From Somniosus microcephalus (taxonomy: Eukaryota), in the NCBI GenBank assembly GCA_052327205.1, contig CM126206.1, forward strand, positions 286,812,001 through 286,876,000: a DNA stretch of 64,000 nucleotides, given 5' to 3'. Made by a program: the position numbers and the translations under genes. The first letter of the stretch is position 1. Every line of letters starts with the position of its first letter. Shown one piece after another: positions 11,846 through 23,171 of the stretch. Under the pieces are notes generated by a model, which was not told the origin of the DNA, searched no databases, and saw only the letters and a program-made list of their open reading frames with translations.

Positions 11846-12110
11846 TGTGATGAAATATTCCATTCATCACTCATCAGTATTTCTCTGCCTGTGACTGTGG
11901 TTGGTTTCAGTTTCATTTCCATTGTATTGTACTGTGTGTAGGGCTCCGCCCATACCTGGCTCCTATGTAAGCTGGCCCAGCCTGCAGCACATCCAGTACG
12001 GCAGACCTCTGGATGGAAGATACATTCTCCTCTGTGTGTTACCTTCTAAGTCAATAAAAGCCTTGTTTTGTTTCGCTAACATCGAGTCTCGGATTTATTG
12101 AGGCACATCA
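11846..12110 (+). repeat. 5' LTR
   Basis: TGTGATG...CACATCA; AATAAA at 12053-12058. Confidence 0.98.
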
Positions 12111-12111
12111 A

Positions 12112-12124
12112 TTTTATTGACTTA
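12112..12124 (+). promoter_or_regulatory. Non-tRNA sequence at the PBS position, complementary to LTR 12047-12059
   Basis: TTTTATTGACTTA is the exact reverse complement of TAAGTCAATAAAA; no TGG start. Confidence 0.75.
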
Positions 12125-12136
12125 ATTTTCAACACA

Positions 12137-15100
12137 ATGGATCAACTCTTGAAACCCGAACGTTTGGATTTGGACCAGCATGCTTCGGACGCATCGGCAC
12201 GCTTCGGACACTGGTTTATGTGTATGGAATTCTTCCTGGACAATTCCGCAGCCGTCAAAGACGCTACGGACGCTGCGAGTATGAAACTCGGAATTCTGCG
12301 GAATTGGGTAAGCCACCGGGTTTACCCCCTCATCCAAGACGCCGACACGTACCCGGCCGCCTGCGACATCTTAAAGGCGCATTACCATCAGCCTACGAAT
12401 GAGGTGTATGCTAGGCATCTGCTCGCTACTCGCGCACAGCGACCTGGGGAATCGGTGGAGGAGTTCCTAGGCACCCTGAAAATGCTTGGCAAAGACTGCA
12501 AGTGCCAAGATGTAAAAGCCGCAGTGTACACTGACGAGCTTGTTCGCGATGCCTTTATCACAGGCCTCAGCTCCACTTACATCTGGCAGAGACTGCTGGA
12601 AAAAACGGGATTGGACCTGAAACAGGCTGCGGACACAGCACGATCCCTGGATGTGGCCCAGAGAAACTCGGACGCCTACTCTTCAGCCCGCGCCGTCCAT
12701 GCCGCCACGTGTGCACCAAGGGCGCCGCCATCTTGGAAGGCATCTTCCCCGCCCGGCAGCCCAACACCGTCAGGTCCCCGCTCTCCCCCCAGAAGCCCTA
12801 CGACAGCCGCGACGCGTCGGGGACCCAACTGCTACTTCTGCGGGCAGCCGAAGCACACCAGAAACCTGTGCCCGGCGAAAGGCACCACCTGCTTTAAGTG
12901 CGGTAAGAAGGGGCACTTCGGGAAGGTGTGCAGAGGGAACCCCGCCGGAAAACCCGCCACCGCCGCGTGTGCGCCGTGGGAGCGGCCATCTTGGACGCCA
13001 TCTTGCCCGACCTCGTGGGGTCCGCCATCTTGTGAGCAGACAGCGTGGACGCCATCTTGTCTCGATCAGGGCCCTACAGTGGCATCGGTCACAGTGGACC
13101 AGACCAGGCCGCACCCGCTATCCAAATCAATGGTGGACATCGAGGTAAACGGGTGCAGGGTTAAATGTTTAATTGACAGTGGAAGCACGGAGAGTTTTAT
13201 CCACCCTGAACTGGTACAACAACTCTCCCTAAAGGTGGTCCCTACTCGGGGTACCATCTCTATGGCTGATAAAACCCAGACATCGACCATTATGGGTTAC
13301 TGCACGGTACAATTGTCTGTTAACGGAACTGTATACGATAATTTTAAAGTATTAATCATGAAGAATCTATGTGCGAGCATGATCTTGGGCCTGGATTTCC
13401 AGTGCTACCACCAAAGCATCACGCTCAATTACGGTGGGTCCCAGCCGCCCCTCACAGTGTGCGGTCTGGCTACCCTGAAGGTAAAGCCGCCTTCGCTATT
13501 CGTGAACCTTACCCCTAACTGCCGGCCAATAGCGACCAAAAGCAGGAGGTACAGCTGGGAGGACAGGCGGTTTATCGCGACCGAGGTAGACAGGCTCCTG
13601 AAAGAGCGCATTATTGAACGCAGCAATAGCCCGTGGCGCGCCCAAGTGGTGGTGGTAAGGGGTAGCGAGAAGAAACGGATGGTGATCGACTATAGCCAAA
13701 CGATCAACAGGTACACCCAACTAGACGCCTACCCGCTACCCCGCATATCAGAAATGGTGAACCAAATCGTCCAATACCGGGTGTTCTCCACCATCGACCT
13801 CAAGTCAGTGTACCACCAGCTCCCTATCAGACCAGAGGACCGCCCGTACACCGCCTTCAAGGCGAACGGACGCCTCTACCAATTCCTCAGAGTCCCCTTT
13901 GGGGTGACGAATGGGGTCTCGGTCTTCCAGAGGGAGATGGATCGCATGGTCGATGACCACCACTTGCAGGCAACCTTCCCCTACCTCGACAACGTCACCA
14001 TCTGCGGTCACAACCAGCAGGATCATGACTCGAACCTCGAGAGGTTCCTGAAAACCGCACAAAAACTCAACCTCACCTACAACGAGGGCAAGTGCGTTTA
14101 CAACACCACGTGCCTCTGCATACTAGGCAGCGTGGTGGAGAATGGGGAAATCGGACCAGACCCCGACCGATTGCGCCCCCTACGGGAGCTGCCCCTGCCC
14201 AACACTCCCAAAGCCCTGAAAAGGTGCCTGGGGTTATTTTCTTATTATTCCCAATGGGTCCCCAACTACTCCGACAAAGCCCGCCCCCTCTTGAAAGCAT
14301 CCTCTTTTCCGCTCTCTGCGGAGGCCCATGCCGCCTTCAAAAGCATTAAGCAGGATATTGAGCGGGCCACGCTACAGGCAGTGGACGAGAACACTCCCTT
14401 TCAAGTGGAAAGTGATGCGTCTGACTTTGCCTTGGCGGCCACCCTCAACCAGGCGGGGCGGCCCGTAGCTTTCTTCTCGAGGACCCTCCAAGGGCCCGAG
14501 ATCAGACACTCCTCCGTAGAAAAGGAGGCCCAAGCCATCGTGGAGGCAGTGCGCCACTGGCGCCACTACCTAGCCGGCAAACGCTTCACCCTACTTACCG
14601 ACCAGCGGTCGGTAGCGTTTATGTTCAATAATAAACAGAGGGGGAAGATTAAAAATGATAAGATTCTTAGGTGGCGGATCGAGCTCTCCACCTTCGATTA
14701 TGACATCATTTACCGGCCAGGGGCCCTTAACGAATCCCCCGACGCCCTCTCACGAGGGATGTGTGCCAGCGCCACCGGGGATCGGCTACAGACCCTCCAC
14801 AACGACCTCTGCCACCCAGGAGTCACGCGGCTGTTCCACTTCATAAAGTCCCGCAACTTACCCTACTCGATTGAGGAAGTTCGGTCCCTGACCAGGAACT
14901 GTCGCACTTGCGCTGAGTGCAAGCCTCGGTTCTACCGCCCAGATAGAGCCCACTTAATCAAAGCTACACGGCCCTTTGAGCGGCTCAGCTTAGATTTCAA
15001 GGGCCCCCTCCCATCCGCCGACCGCAATGTTTACTTCCTGAACATTGTGGACGAATACTCTCGTTTCCCATTCGCCTTCCCCTGCCCAGACATGACCAGC

Positions 15101-15894
15101 GCCACGGTCATTAAATGCCTCAACAGCCTGTTCTGCCTGTTCGGTATGCCGAGCTACATCCATACGGATAGGGGGGCGTCCTTCATGAGTGAAGAGCTAC
15201 GCCAGTACATGCTGTCCAAGGGGATCGCCACGAGCCGTACCACCAGCTACAACCCCCGGGTAACGGTCAAGCGGAGCGAGAGAACGGGACAGTATGGAAA
15301 GCAGTCACTCTAGCTCTAAGGACCAAAGGCCTCCCTATCTCCCGCTGGCAGGAAGTCCTCCCAGATGTGCTCCATTCGATACGGTCGCTATTGTGTACTG
15401 CCACTAATGCCACGCCTCACGAGCGAATGTTTGTCTTTCCCCGGAAATCCACCTCAGGCGTATCCATGCCGTCATGGCTCTCCACCCCAGGTCCGGTATT
15501 CGTGCGAAGGCATGTGAGGGGCCACAAGACGGACCCTCTCGTGGAGTCAGTGCACCTACTCCACGCCAACCCCCAATACGCGTATGTCCGGCACGCCGAC
15601 GGAAGGGAGGACACCGTGTCCATAAAAGACGTCGCCCCAGCCGGTAACGACAACAACCACGACAACAGCAGCAACAACGACCACAGCAACTCTTACCCAC
15701 CCACTACTCTTTCATCACCCCCGGAAGAACATCGACCAATGGTACCCCCACCAACTACCCCTTCAACAACCCTGGCGGCACCCCCGGCAGAGACCCAGGA
15801 GGCCACCGGGGACACCCAGCCGACACCCACGGCACCACAACAGCCACGTCGGTCGCAGAGGACTATCAAACCCCCGAACAGACTAAATCTATAG
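12137..15894 (+). CDS. Single gag-pol polyprotein (gag with 2 CCHC, protease, RT, RNase H, integrase); one 1-nt deletion near 15258-15260
   Basis: ATG at 12137; CYFCGQPKHTRNLC, CFKCGKKGHFGKVC, IDSGS, SPWRAQVVVV, PFGVTN, YLDN, SDASD, HNDLCHPG..CRTC, HTDRG. Adding one G restores YNPRGNGQAERENG and joins ORF 15367-15894. Confidence 0.92.
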
Positions 15895-15904
15895 AAGGGG
15901 TGAA

Positions 15905-16169
15905 TGTGATGAAATATTCCATTCATCACTCATCAGTATTTCTCTGCCTGCGACTGTGGTTGGCTTCAGTTTCATTTCCATTGTATTGTACTGTGTGTAG
16001 GGCTCCGCCCATACCTGGCTCCTATGTAAGCTGGCCCAGCCTGCAGCACATCCAGTACGGCAGACCTCTGGATGGAAGATACATTCTCCTCTGTGTGTTA
16101 CCTTCTAAGTCAATAAAAGCCTTGTTTTGTTTCGCTAACATCAAGTCTCGGATTTATTGAGGCACATCA
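15905..16169 (+). repeat. 3' LTR
   Basis: 262/265 identical to the 5' LTR by eye. Confidence 0.98.
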
Positions 16170-18445
16170 CGTGGCAGTAAGCTGAGCTTGCATGACAGAA
16201 TTATGAGCTTCCGCTGCAGTACTCAGGTGCTGGGTGGCTTCTGCTGCAATGGAAGCTGAGACATTGGCCATCAGATGCTGCATCATGGTTGGACCCACAA
16301 GTGCGCTAATGCAGTTGGCCATCACTTCCATGCTGGAATCATGGGCTCCAAGTTATGCGCAAAGCCCTGTGCAAGGTTGGTGCCGGATTCCTCTATGCTC
16401 CTTGACATTGCACTCAGGCTTTCTGGCAGGCCTGCCGTTGCACCTAGCACTTCATTGTGCATAAACATCAGCATTCTTCTTTAGGCCGCCCCATCAAAGT
16501 CCTTATCTGAGTCCTCTGCAGCAGAACTCGTGTGCGACCTCGTCCTCCAGGGAGCTGGCACCTGCGCCACCCTTTCCCCCCTGCCCTAGCTGCAAGCCAC
16601 TCATGTCCGATGTCTCACCTCATGCAGATCCTGTCTCTAACCTATCCTCTAAAATATGCGGAGTGTCAGTAGCTGAGCAGTTGGCAGCGTGTGAAATTGA
16701 GTGATGGTGCTGTGTCTTCATCATCAGTGCCTTGGTGCTCTTCTGTTTCGTGCTCCTCCACCAGGGCCTGGCCAGGTGGCAGTTCTTGGCTATCTGAAAG
16801 GAGAAAGTCATAAGGGTAGGGTTGTGGTGAGGGGAGGGTGGGAAAGCAAGAGATGCATGCTTACACCATGTGCAGCTTGTAAATCAGAAGAGATTGTAGG
16901 ATGAGGGAAGTGGGATGTGAGAAGGAGGGTTACGTATGAGGATACCGTTAGCTTGTATTGCTTCAACCCCGGTGCTGGCCATGGGCTCAGCGATGGCCCT
17001 CCCAATAATGGCCAACACCATCTCCTCCATCGGGGTGATATTATGTAGGCGCGCCTGTCCCCCTCCGGTTAGGTCCTGCTGCCTCCTGTTGTGAGCCACC
17101 TTCTCCTGCAAGAGAACGGGAAGTGTGTCAGTGAGTGCAGTGCACGGTGTTTGGGTGATATGCCTGTCATGGTTGAATAGCTGACAGTGTGTGCAAGCTG
17201 TGAAATGTGGGTGTGAGGCTTGCAGCTGTGGTAAGTGTGAGAGGGTGAGGTGAAGCTCTGAATGTGAGGTATGAGTCGTGTTTGGTAGAGATTGTTGGTA
17301 GGTGGGTGATGGGGGTGTGGTGCATTGAGCCGTGTGTGAGACTAGTTGTGTAGATTGTAGGATATGGCAGTTGAAGATGAATTCACTGACTTTGACCACT
17401 CGTGTGAGGTTATTAAACTTCTTCCTGCACTGCATTCAGGTCCTCGGGGCTACACTGCTGGCATTGACCACCACGGCTATCTGCTCCCATTGCCTTTTCC
17501 GCATTTGCCCGGTGGGCCTCCTGGCTCCCTGTGGAAACAGGAGCTCTGTCCTCATGTTCACCTCCTGCACCAAGGCCTCCAGTGCTGCATCGGAGTGAGC
17601 ACGCTCTCTCCCCTGTTGTGACACCTGTAGTACTTTTTGCTGCTCTGACTCTGTTCCCCAGCCAGTTGAATCACCTGCTGCAGGTAGAATGCACCTCCCC
17701 TTGAAGAGGTGCTGACTGTCTTTAAGAAGTGCAGGCTAGCTTTAATTGGTCCTAGCCTTGCAAGAACGTGGGACCCCTGCTGAGCGTCAGCCACTCAACA
17801 GCACGCTCAGCGCTGGGCTGAAAGCCACAATCATGTCAGTCAGCAGGCAGCATGAAGTTAGAGTGATGCCTGCATTACTTTGAACGGGTAAGGGTTGATC
17901 CCGAATTACGAACCCCGCGCCTGTTTTCTGGGGCAAACCAGTTTCTAGCCAAAGTTCGTTCTTTCTTTGTTTTAGTGAATCCTATTGTTACATATTCATC
18001 TTCCTATAATAAACCTTTCCTCTGGGTGCTGCTACACCTCCGTTATCACCCTGCTGAGAATTCAAGCACGCATAAAATGAAGCTTCCACAAGCACCATTT
18101 TGGCTTTCGCTGTATTCATGACTCTTCGCCCCACCTTACTTTTCATTCTGATTCCCGTGCCGCTTTGACATTGGTGACTAAATGCCACGAATGACCTGCC
18201 AGATATAAGCATTGGTTGCCGTGGCAGGTGCTACAGGTTGTAAAACAGCCAATTGCGAAGCCCTCACTATTATTTTGAGGTCAGCCAATGCAGCTTTGGA
18301 GGACCGTCTCTATTTTGCTCCCAAGGACATCTGTCGCCCATCTTCAGCCTCCAGGTTCGGCCTGCTAATCTGTGCAGTTCCCGACTTGGCCTTCAGATTA
18401 GATAAGTCGGCATTTCCCAGGTTCCCAGCTTGGTCCCCTTCCTTC

Positions 18446-18522
18446 AATTCAATTCAATTCAATTCAATTCAATTTTATTTGTCATATATGTAGCAGACGT
18501 GTGTACTGCACAATGAAATGTG
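18446..18522 (-). mobile_element. Short LINE 3' end with (TTGAA)n tail (Rex1/Babar-like)
   Basis: Minus strand ...tatatgacaaataaaa followed by (ttgaa)5. Confidence 0.45.
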
Positions 18523-18559
18523 GTCATTGGTTGGTTGGTTGGTTGCCAAGTTGGCCAAA

Positions 18560-19352
18560 TCTATGTTCCTGCCACAAACTCCGTTCTCTAGCCAATGCCT
18601 CCATCCGTCTCCCTGGCCATTGTCTGAGGTGCAACCAGACCATTCGTAACCTTGGTGTCCTATTTGACCCTGAAGTGGGCTTCCAACCACATATCCATTC
18701 CTTCAACAAGACTGCCTAATTCCACCTCTGTAACATCACCTGTCTCTCTCTGCCCCTGCCTCAGCTCACCTGTTGCTGAAACCCTCACCTCCATGCCTTT
18801 GCTACCTCTAGATTTGACTATTCCAATACTCTCCTGATGGCCTCCCATTTTCCACCCTCCATAAACTTGAGCTTATACAAAACTCTGCTGCCCGTGTCCT
18901 AACTCACCATGTCCCGTTCACCCACTACCCCTGTGCTCGCTGACCTACACTGGCTCCCAGTCCGGCAACGCCTCAATTTTAAAATTCTCATCCTTGTGTT
19001 CAAATCCATCCAGGGCCTCGCCCCTCCCTATCTCTGTAACCTCCTCCAGCTCTACAACCATCAGAGATCTCTGTGTTCTTCCAATTCTGGCCTCTAGCTC
19101 ATCCCCGATTTTAATTGCTCCACCATTGGCACCTGTGCTTTCAGCTGCCTTGGCCCTAAGCTCCCTCCCTAAACCTCCCCGCCTCTCTCTCCTCCTTGAA
19201 GACGCTCCTTAAAACCTAGCTCTCTGACCAATTTTGGTCACCTGTCTTAATATTTTCTTAATGTGGCTCGGTGTCAAATTTTGTAAAATAACGCTCCTGT
19301 GAAGCACCTTGGGACGTTTTACAATGTTAAAGACGCGCCATAAATGCAAGTT
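18560..19352 (+). mobile_element. L2 LINE 3' fragment
   Basis: IRNLGVLFDPEVGFQPHI...LADLHWLPVRQRLNFKILILVFKS; 3' end ctcctgtgaagcaccttgggacg...taaatgcaag. Confidence 0.9.
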
Positions 19353-20845
19353 GGTTGTTTATCATCTGGTTAAAAAGTGTAACACGGAATGCAGCCTGCA
19401 AGCATATCCTCCTCCTCGGCTGAAGCAGGCTGTGATCCCGTTTGTGCATTTTTTTTTTGTGTGGCAGGGATGAGCTTTGGCTTCCTGCTGGGCAAGGTTA
19501 CACTGAGTGTTTAAAAAGTTTGAGAATAAGAGGAGGAAGTTGCATCAGTATGCATAATGAGAGCCCAGGAGTGCCGTGGCTGGTTCACCAAACTCTCAGT
19601 TTTGCAGCTTCCTCCCAGCACAATTCCACTCTAGTCCTTGAGAGACATTTGTTGCTCTCTTTAATTGGGGGTGTTTATGTTCTTATAGGTGGAAAATGTA
19701 AAAAAGAGAGAGAGAGCAACTAGAGAAATGACAAGAGATTTTTGCAACTGGCAATGAAAAAGATACTGGAACAGAGCATGCAGTGGATTTTATGTTGTTT
19801 TGCGGCATTAGGTGCTGAACCTGTTTAACATGACTCACAGATCAGCAGCACCAAAGACCAGAACTGATAATCATTTGAGCATAAAGGTACGTGGAATAAT
19901 AATATGATAAAAGAGTGCGAAAGTTAAACTTGAAAGCAAAACTGCAAGAGTCTGGCGTTCTCAATAGTACTCTCAACAACAGATGATAAAGTGAGTTAAG
20001 TTGTTCATTTTCCTTTGTTTGGTGTTTATTGCTTTGTGACAATGCACAGCGTTGCTATCGAATGTTGGGGCAGCCTTTATCAAAAGGAACAAAGATAAAT
20101 ATATTATTTTGGGCGATGCTGTTAACCACAACTCTTCCTTGCCTATTTAAGCATCGCTCAGCTCACACTTATACCTCCTGGTTCACAATATAAACTATAT
20201 TCCACTACAGTCTTGTGAGTATAATGGCAAATGAGAAGCGTGACTTGTTGACTTGGGGAAGCATGTTTCAGGACAATGTCACACTTTGCTCACTACTAGA
20301 ATTAAAAAAAATACCTTTAATGACTTTGATATATGTTCTTTTGGTACTTTCTTTACTGCAGAATCGAGTCACTTGGTGAAGCGAGGGTTAAAGTCAGTTG
20401 TGAGTTTGCGAGCATGGGAGAGTTTTTAGAGAGTGCTGTTTGTGTTTGTGTTTGTGTTTGTGCTTGTGCTTGGCAGCGAGATGCTTTTCCCCAGTGAATT
20501 CTGACCGGGAAGCTGACCTGAAAGAATTCCCGGAGTACCCAGGACTAGCTCCTCCCCGGGTTCCTCCACTCAAATTAACTTAAAGTAAACCAAACCAAAG
20601 TTCACCCATCAGGAAGAGCAACACAGCAACGAAGATATGTTTGGACACAGCTGCCATAAAGTGGGAGTTGATTCAAAGACCAAAAAGATGACAGGCTCTT
20701 AATGGTTGACTTGCTGGCTTGTCTTGACTCTAGTCCGGCCACAGCACTCTCTAAACTTTGCTGTGTGCCGCCACTTTTATACTGGCTGTGTTTTAGTTTC
20801 GATTCTGGGAGACTGGCATCGACAGCTGACCCGCTCGCTGTTTGT

Positions 20846-21228
20846 ACAACAACAACAACTTGCATTTATATAGCACCTTTAATGTAGTAAAACATCCCCA
20901 AAGCGCTTCACAGGAGATATCAAATAAAAATTGACACTGAGCCACATAATGAGCTATTAGGATAGGTGGTCAAAGAGGTAGGTTTTAAGGAGACTCTTAA
21001 AGGAGGAGAGAGAGGTGGAGAGGTTTAGGGAGGGCATTCCAGATCTTACGGCCTAGGCAGCTGAAGGCACGGCCATCAATAGTGGGGAGAAGGAAGTCGG
21101 GGATGCACAAGAGGCCAGAATTGGAGGAATACAGTGATCTCCGAGGGTTGTAGGGATGGAGGAGGTTACAGAGATAGGGAGGGGTGAGGCCATAGAGAAT
21201 GTGAACACAAGGATGAGAATTTTTAAAT
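20846..21228 (-). mobile_element. L2 LINE 3' end
   Basis: (caa)n-cttgcatttatatagc tail; reverse complement of the 18560 family. Confidence 0.88.
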
Positions 21229-21265
21229 ATGAAAGAATCAGGAGCTGGCACATGGATATTGGTCC

Positions 21266-21605
21266 ACACAGGCACAGGAGGAGGCCATTCAGCTCCTTGG
21301 GCCTATTACATAGGCACAGGAGGAGGCCATTCAGCTCCTTGGGCCTATTACACAGGCACAGGAGGAGGCCATTCAGCTCCTTGGGCCTATTACATAGGCA
21401 CAGGAAGAGGCCATTCAGCCCCTCCAACCTGTTACATAGGCACAGGAGGAGGCCATTTGGTCCCTCGAGCCTGATACATAGGCACAGGAGAAGGCCGTTC
21501 TTCCCCTTGTGCCTGACAAATAGGAACAGGAGTAGGCCATTTAGCCCCTCAAGCCTGCCATGCCATTCAATGTCATAGCTGATCTGTATCTCAACTCTAT
21601 TTCAC
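21266..21605 (-). repeat. Seven tandem 42-bp copies of a CR1 LINE 3' terminus, followed by CR1 body
   Basis: Units start at 21266, 21308, 21350, 21392, 21434, 21476, 21518; the last matches the reverse complement of the CR1 ends at 25955-25990 and 53965-54005. Confidence 0.88.
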
Positions 21606-22714
21606 CACTTTCTTAAGGCCAACTAGCGATGGGCAATAAATGCCGGCCTTGTCAGCGATGCCCAAATCCAAAGAATGAATAAAAAAAAGACATGTATGTG
21701 TGTATATATTGTCCTCTCCTCTTCTAACAGAGGTGACTCAAGCTAGAGTATGCCTCTTGCCCTCTCTTTTGAGACAAGTTTTTTGTAGCCTTATTTGGAG
21801 ATTTTATTTGCATCCAATTGGCGAGTTTATCTTGAACCCAACCAATTCTGCATGTGCTTGCTGCCGGTGCCGGCCAATTCACTCCCTTTACCAGTGGCAA
21901 CAGAAATCTACCTACACGTGCAAGTTTACGCGTGTGCAGTTGTGGTCAACCTTTCATTTCTGGCCACTGGGAGCTAGTTGGACAAGATCTGTACAGGACA
22001 GCGATGCGAAATCCAGGGGCAGCAAAATGCCCTTTACCTTGCTGTATTGCTCTGGGCACGAGGCAAACCGCCTCTTGGCTCATTTAATTTACTGATGGTG
22101 TCAGGCGTGCCAGTATGGCGAAGGCTGGATGAAACTATTAACTGTTCCCCGGCAGGACACGTCTCTTCTTACAGACGTCATGGGCTCCAGTAAATGCTGA
22201 AGAGCTCGTAGACTTGGTTGGAAGTTTGGACACTGCAATCTCTTCAGGATTTGAGTCTGCTGATTTTGATCTGCACACACCTTTTCCCAGAAGTGCTTTT
22301 TGCCCAGTGTTTACTGTGCAGAGTCCAGTGTGTTCTGACAAGCTCTAATTGATGCTAAGAGCTGTAGCACACTCAATTTGATTTAAACGATCACTTTGAA
22401 GTCTTTCTTCCCTCCTGTCCAAATTCTTCAACGTAAGAATGTTGTTGCACTGTTCTGTTTTTTGCAGATCCACACTCGGTTTTAGCGTTTGGTAAAGACG
22501 TTTTTACACTGACGCTTGCTTAATTTGCGTTCAAGGAGACTAACATCCCTGAAAAAGCTTTCCGCCTTTCCACCGCTAAATAATTCTGTCATTGGGATCA
22601 GTGAGCTGAATTGAGCAGCGGAAATGTGGGAAGCAGTCTCCTGGAGACGGAGCTAAACAAACGGCAATGTAAAAACGTCTTTAAAAAGAAATTGCGAGCT
22701 ATGACCTGGGAGCA

Positions 22715-23171
22715 GTGTCAGCCATGGCTCAGTGGGTCGCACACTTGCCTCTGAGTCAGAAGGTTGTGGGTTCAAGTCCCACTCCAGCGGACCTTGAGCA
22801 CAAATATCCAGGCTGACACTCCAGTGCAGTGCTGAGGGAGTGCTGCACTGTCGGAGGTTCCATCTTTCGGATGAGACGTTTAAACCGAGGCCCCGTCTGC
22901 TCTCTCAGATGGCATAAAAGACCCCAAGGCACTATTTCGAAGAAGAGCAGGGGAGATACCCCTGGTGTCCTGGCCAATATTTATCACTCAACCAACATCA
23001 CTAAAACAGATTATCTGGTCATTATTACATTGCTGTTTGTGGGACCTTGCTGTGTGCAAATTGGCTGCCACGTTTCCCACATTACAACAGTGACTCCACT
23101 TCAAAGAGAAATTCATTGGCTGTAAAGCGCTTTGAGACGTCCGGTGGTCGTGAAAGGCGCTATATAAATGC
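22715..23171 (+). mobile_element. Full-length SacSINE1-like SINE
   Basis: A/B boxes, Deu core, tail aaaggcgctatataaatg. Confidence 0.92.

Larger units (their letters stand above)
11846..16169 (+). mobile_element. Full-length young Gypsy/Ty3 LTR retrotransposon (4324 bp)
   Basis: Two 265-bp TG...CA LTRs with 3 transitions; 5-bp TSD CGTGG (11841-11845, 16170-16174); PPT agaaggggtgaa at 15893-15904. Confidence 0.98.
11388..17624 (-). pseudogene. Harbinger Myb/SANT-like DNA-binding protein gene; exons ~17624-17391, 17105-16946, 16793-11388 (last exon split by the Gypsy)
   Basis: DAALEALVQEV...LFP...RQWEQIA..VNA...PRT*MQCRKKFNNL (W to stop at 17436); exon 2 EKVAHNRRQQDLTGGG...TPMEE; GT/AG sites at the predicted junctions. 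Confidence 0.8.
10660..17951. mobile_element. PIF/Harbinger DNA transposon, transposase internally deleted, Gypsy nested inside
   Basis: TIRs GGGCTAGAAATT / AGTTTCTAGCC(a); probable 3-bp TSD AAG (10657-10659, 17952-17954); convergent transposase remnant and Myb/SANT gene. Confidence 0.82.

Noticed and set aside
15250-15313. Programmed frameshift in integrase
   Set aside because: It falls inside the DDE core and has no canonical slippery heptamer; a 1-nt deletion or sequencing error is simpler.
21266-21559. CRISPR-like periodic array / HRHRRRPF peptide repeat
   Set aside because: No unique spacers, no cas genes, eukaryotic context; the units are CR1 tail copies.
22174-22348. Possible terminal exon (TSWAPVNAEELVDLVGSLD...)
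   Set aside because: Short open frame after a plausible acceptor, with no homology or partner exons.
22715-22785. tRNA genes at SINE heads (also near 3860, 10220, 37380, 58840)
   Set aside because: Each continues directly into the SINE body; these are tRNA-derived promoters, not tRNA genes.
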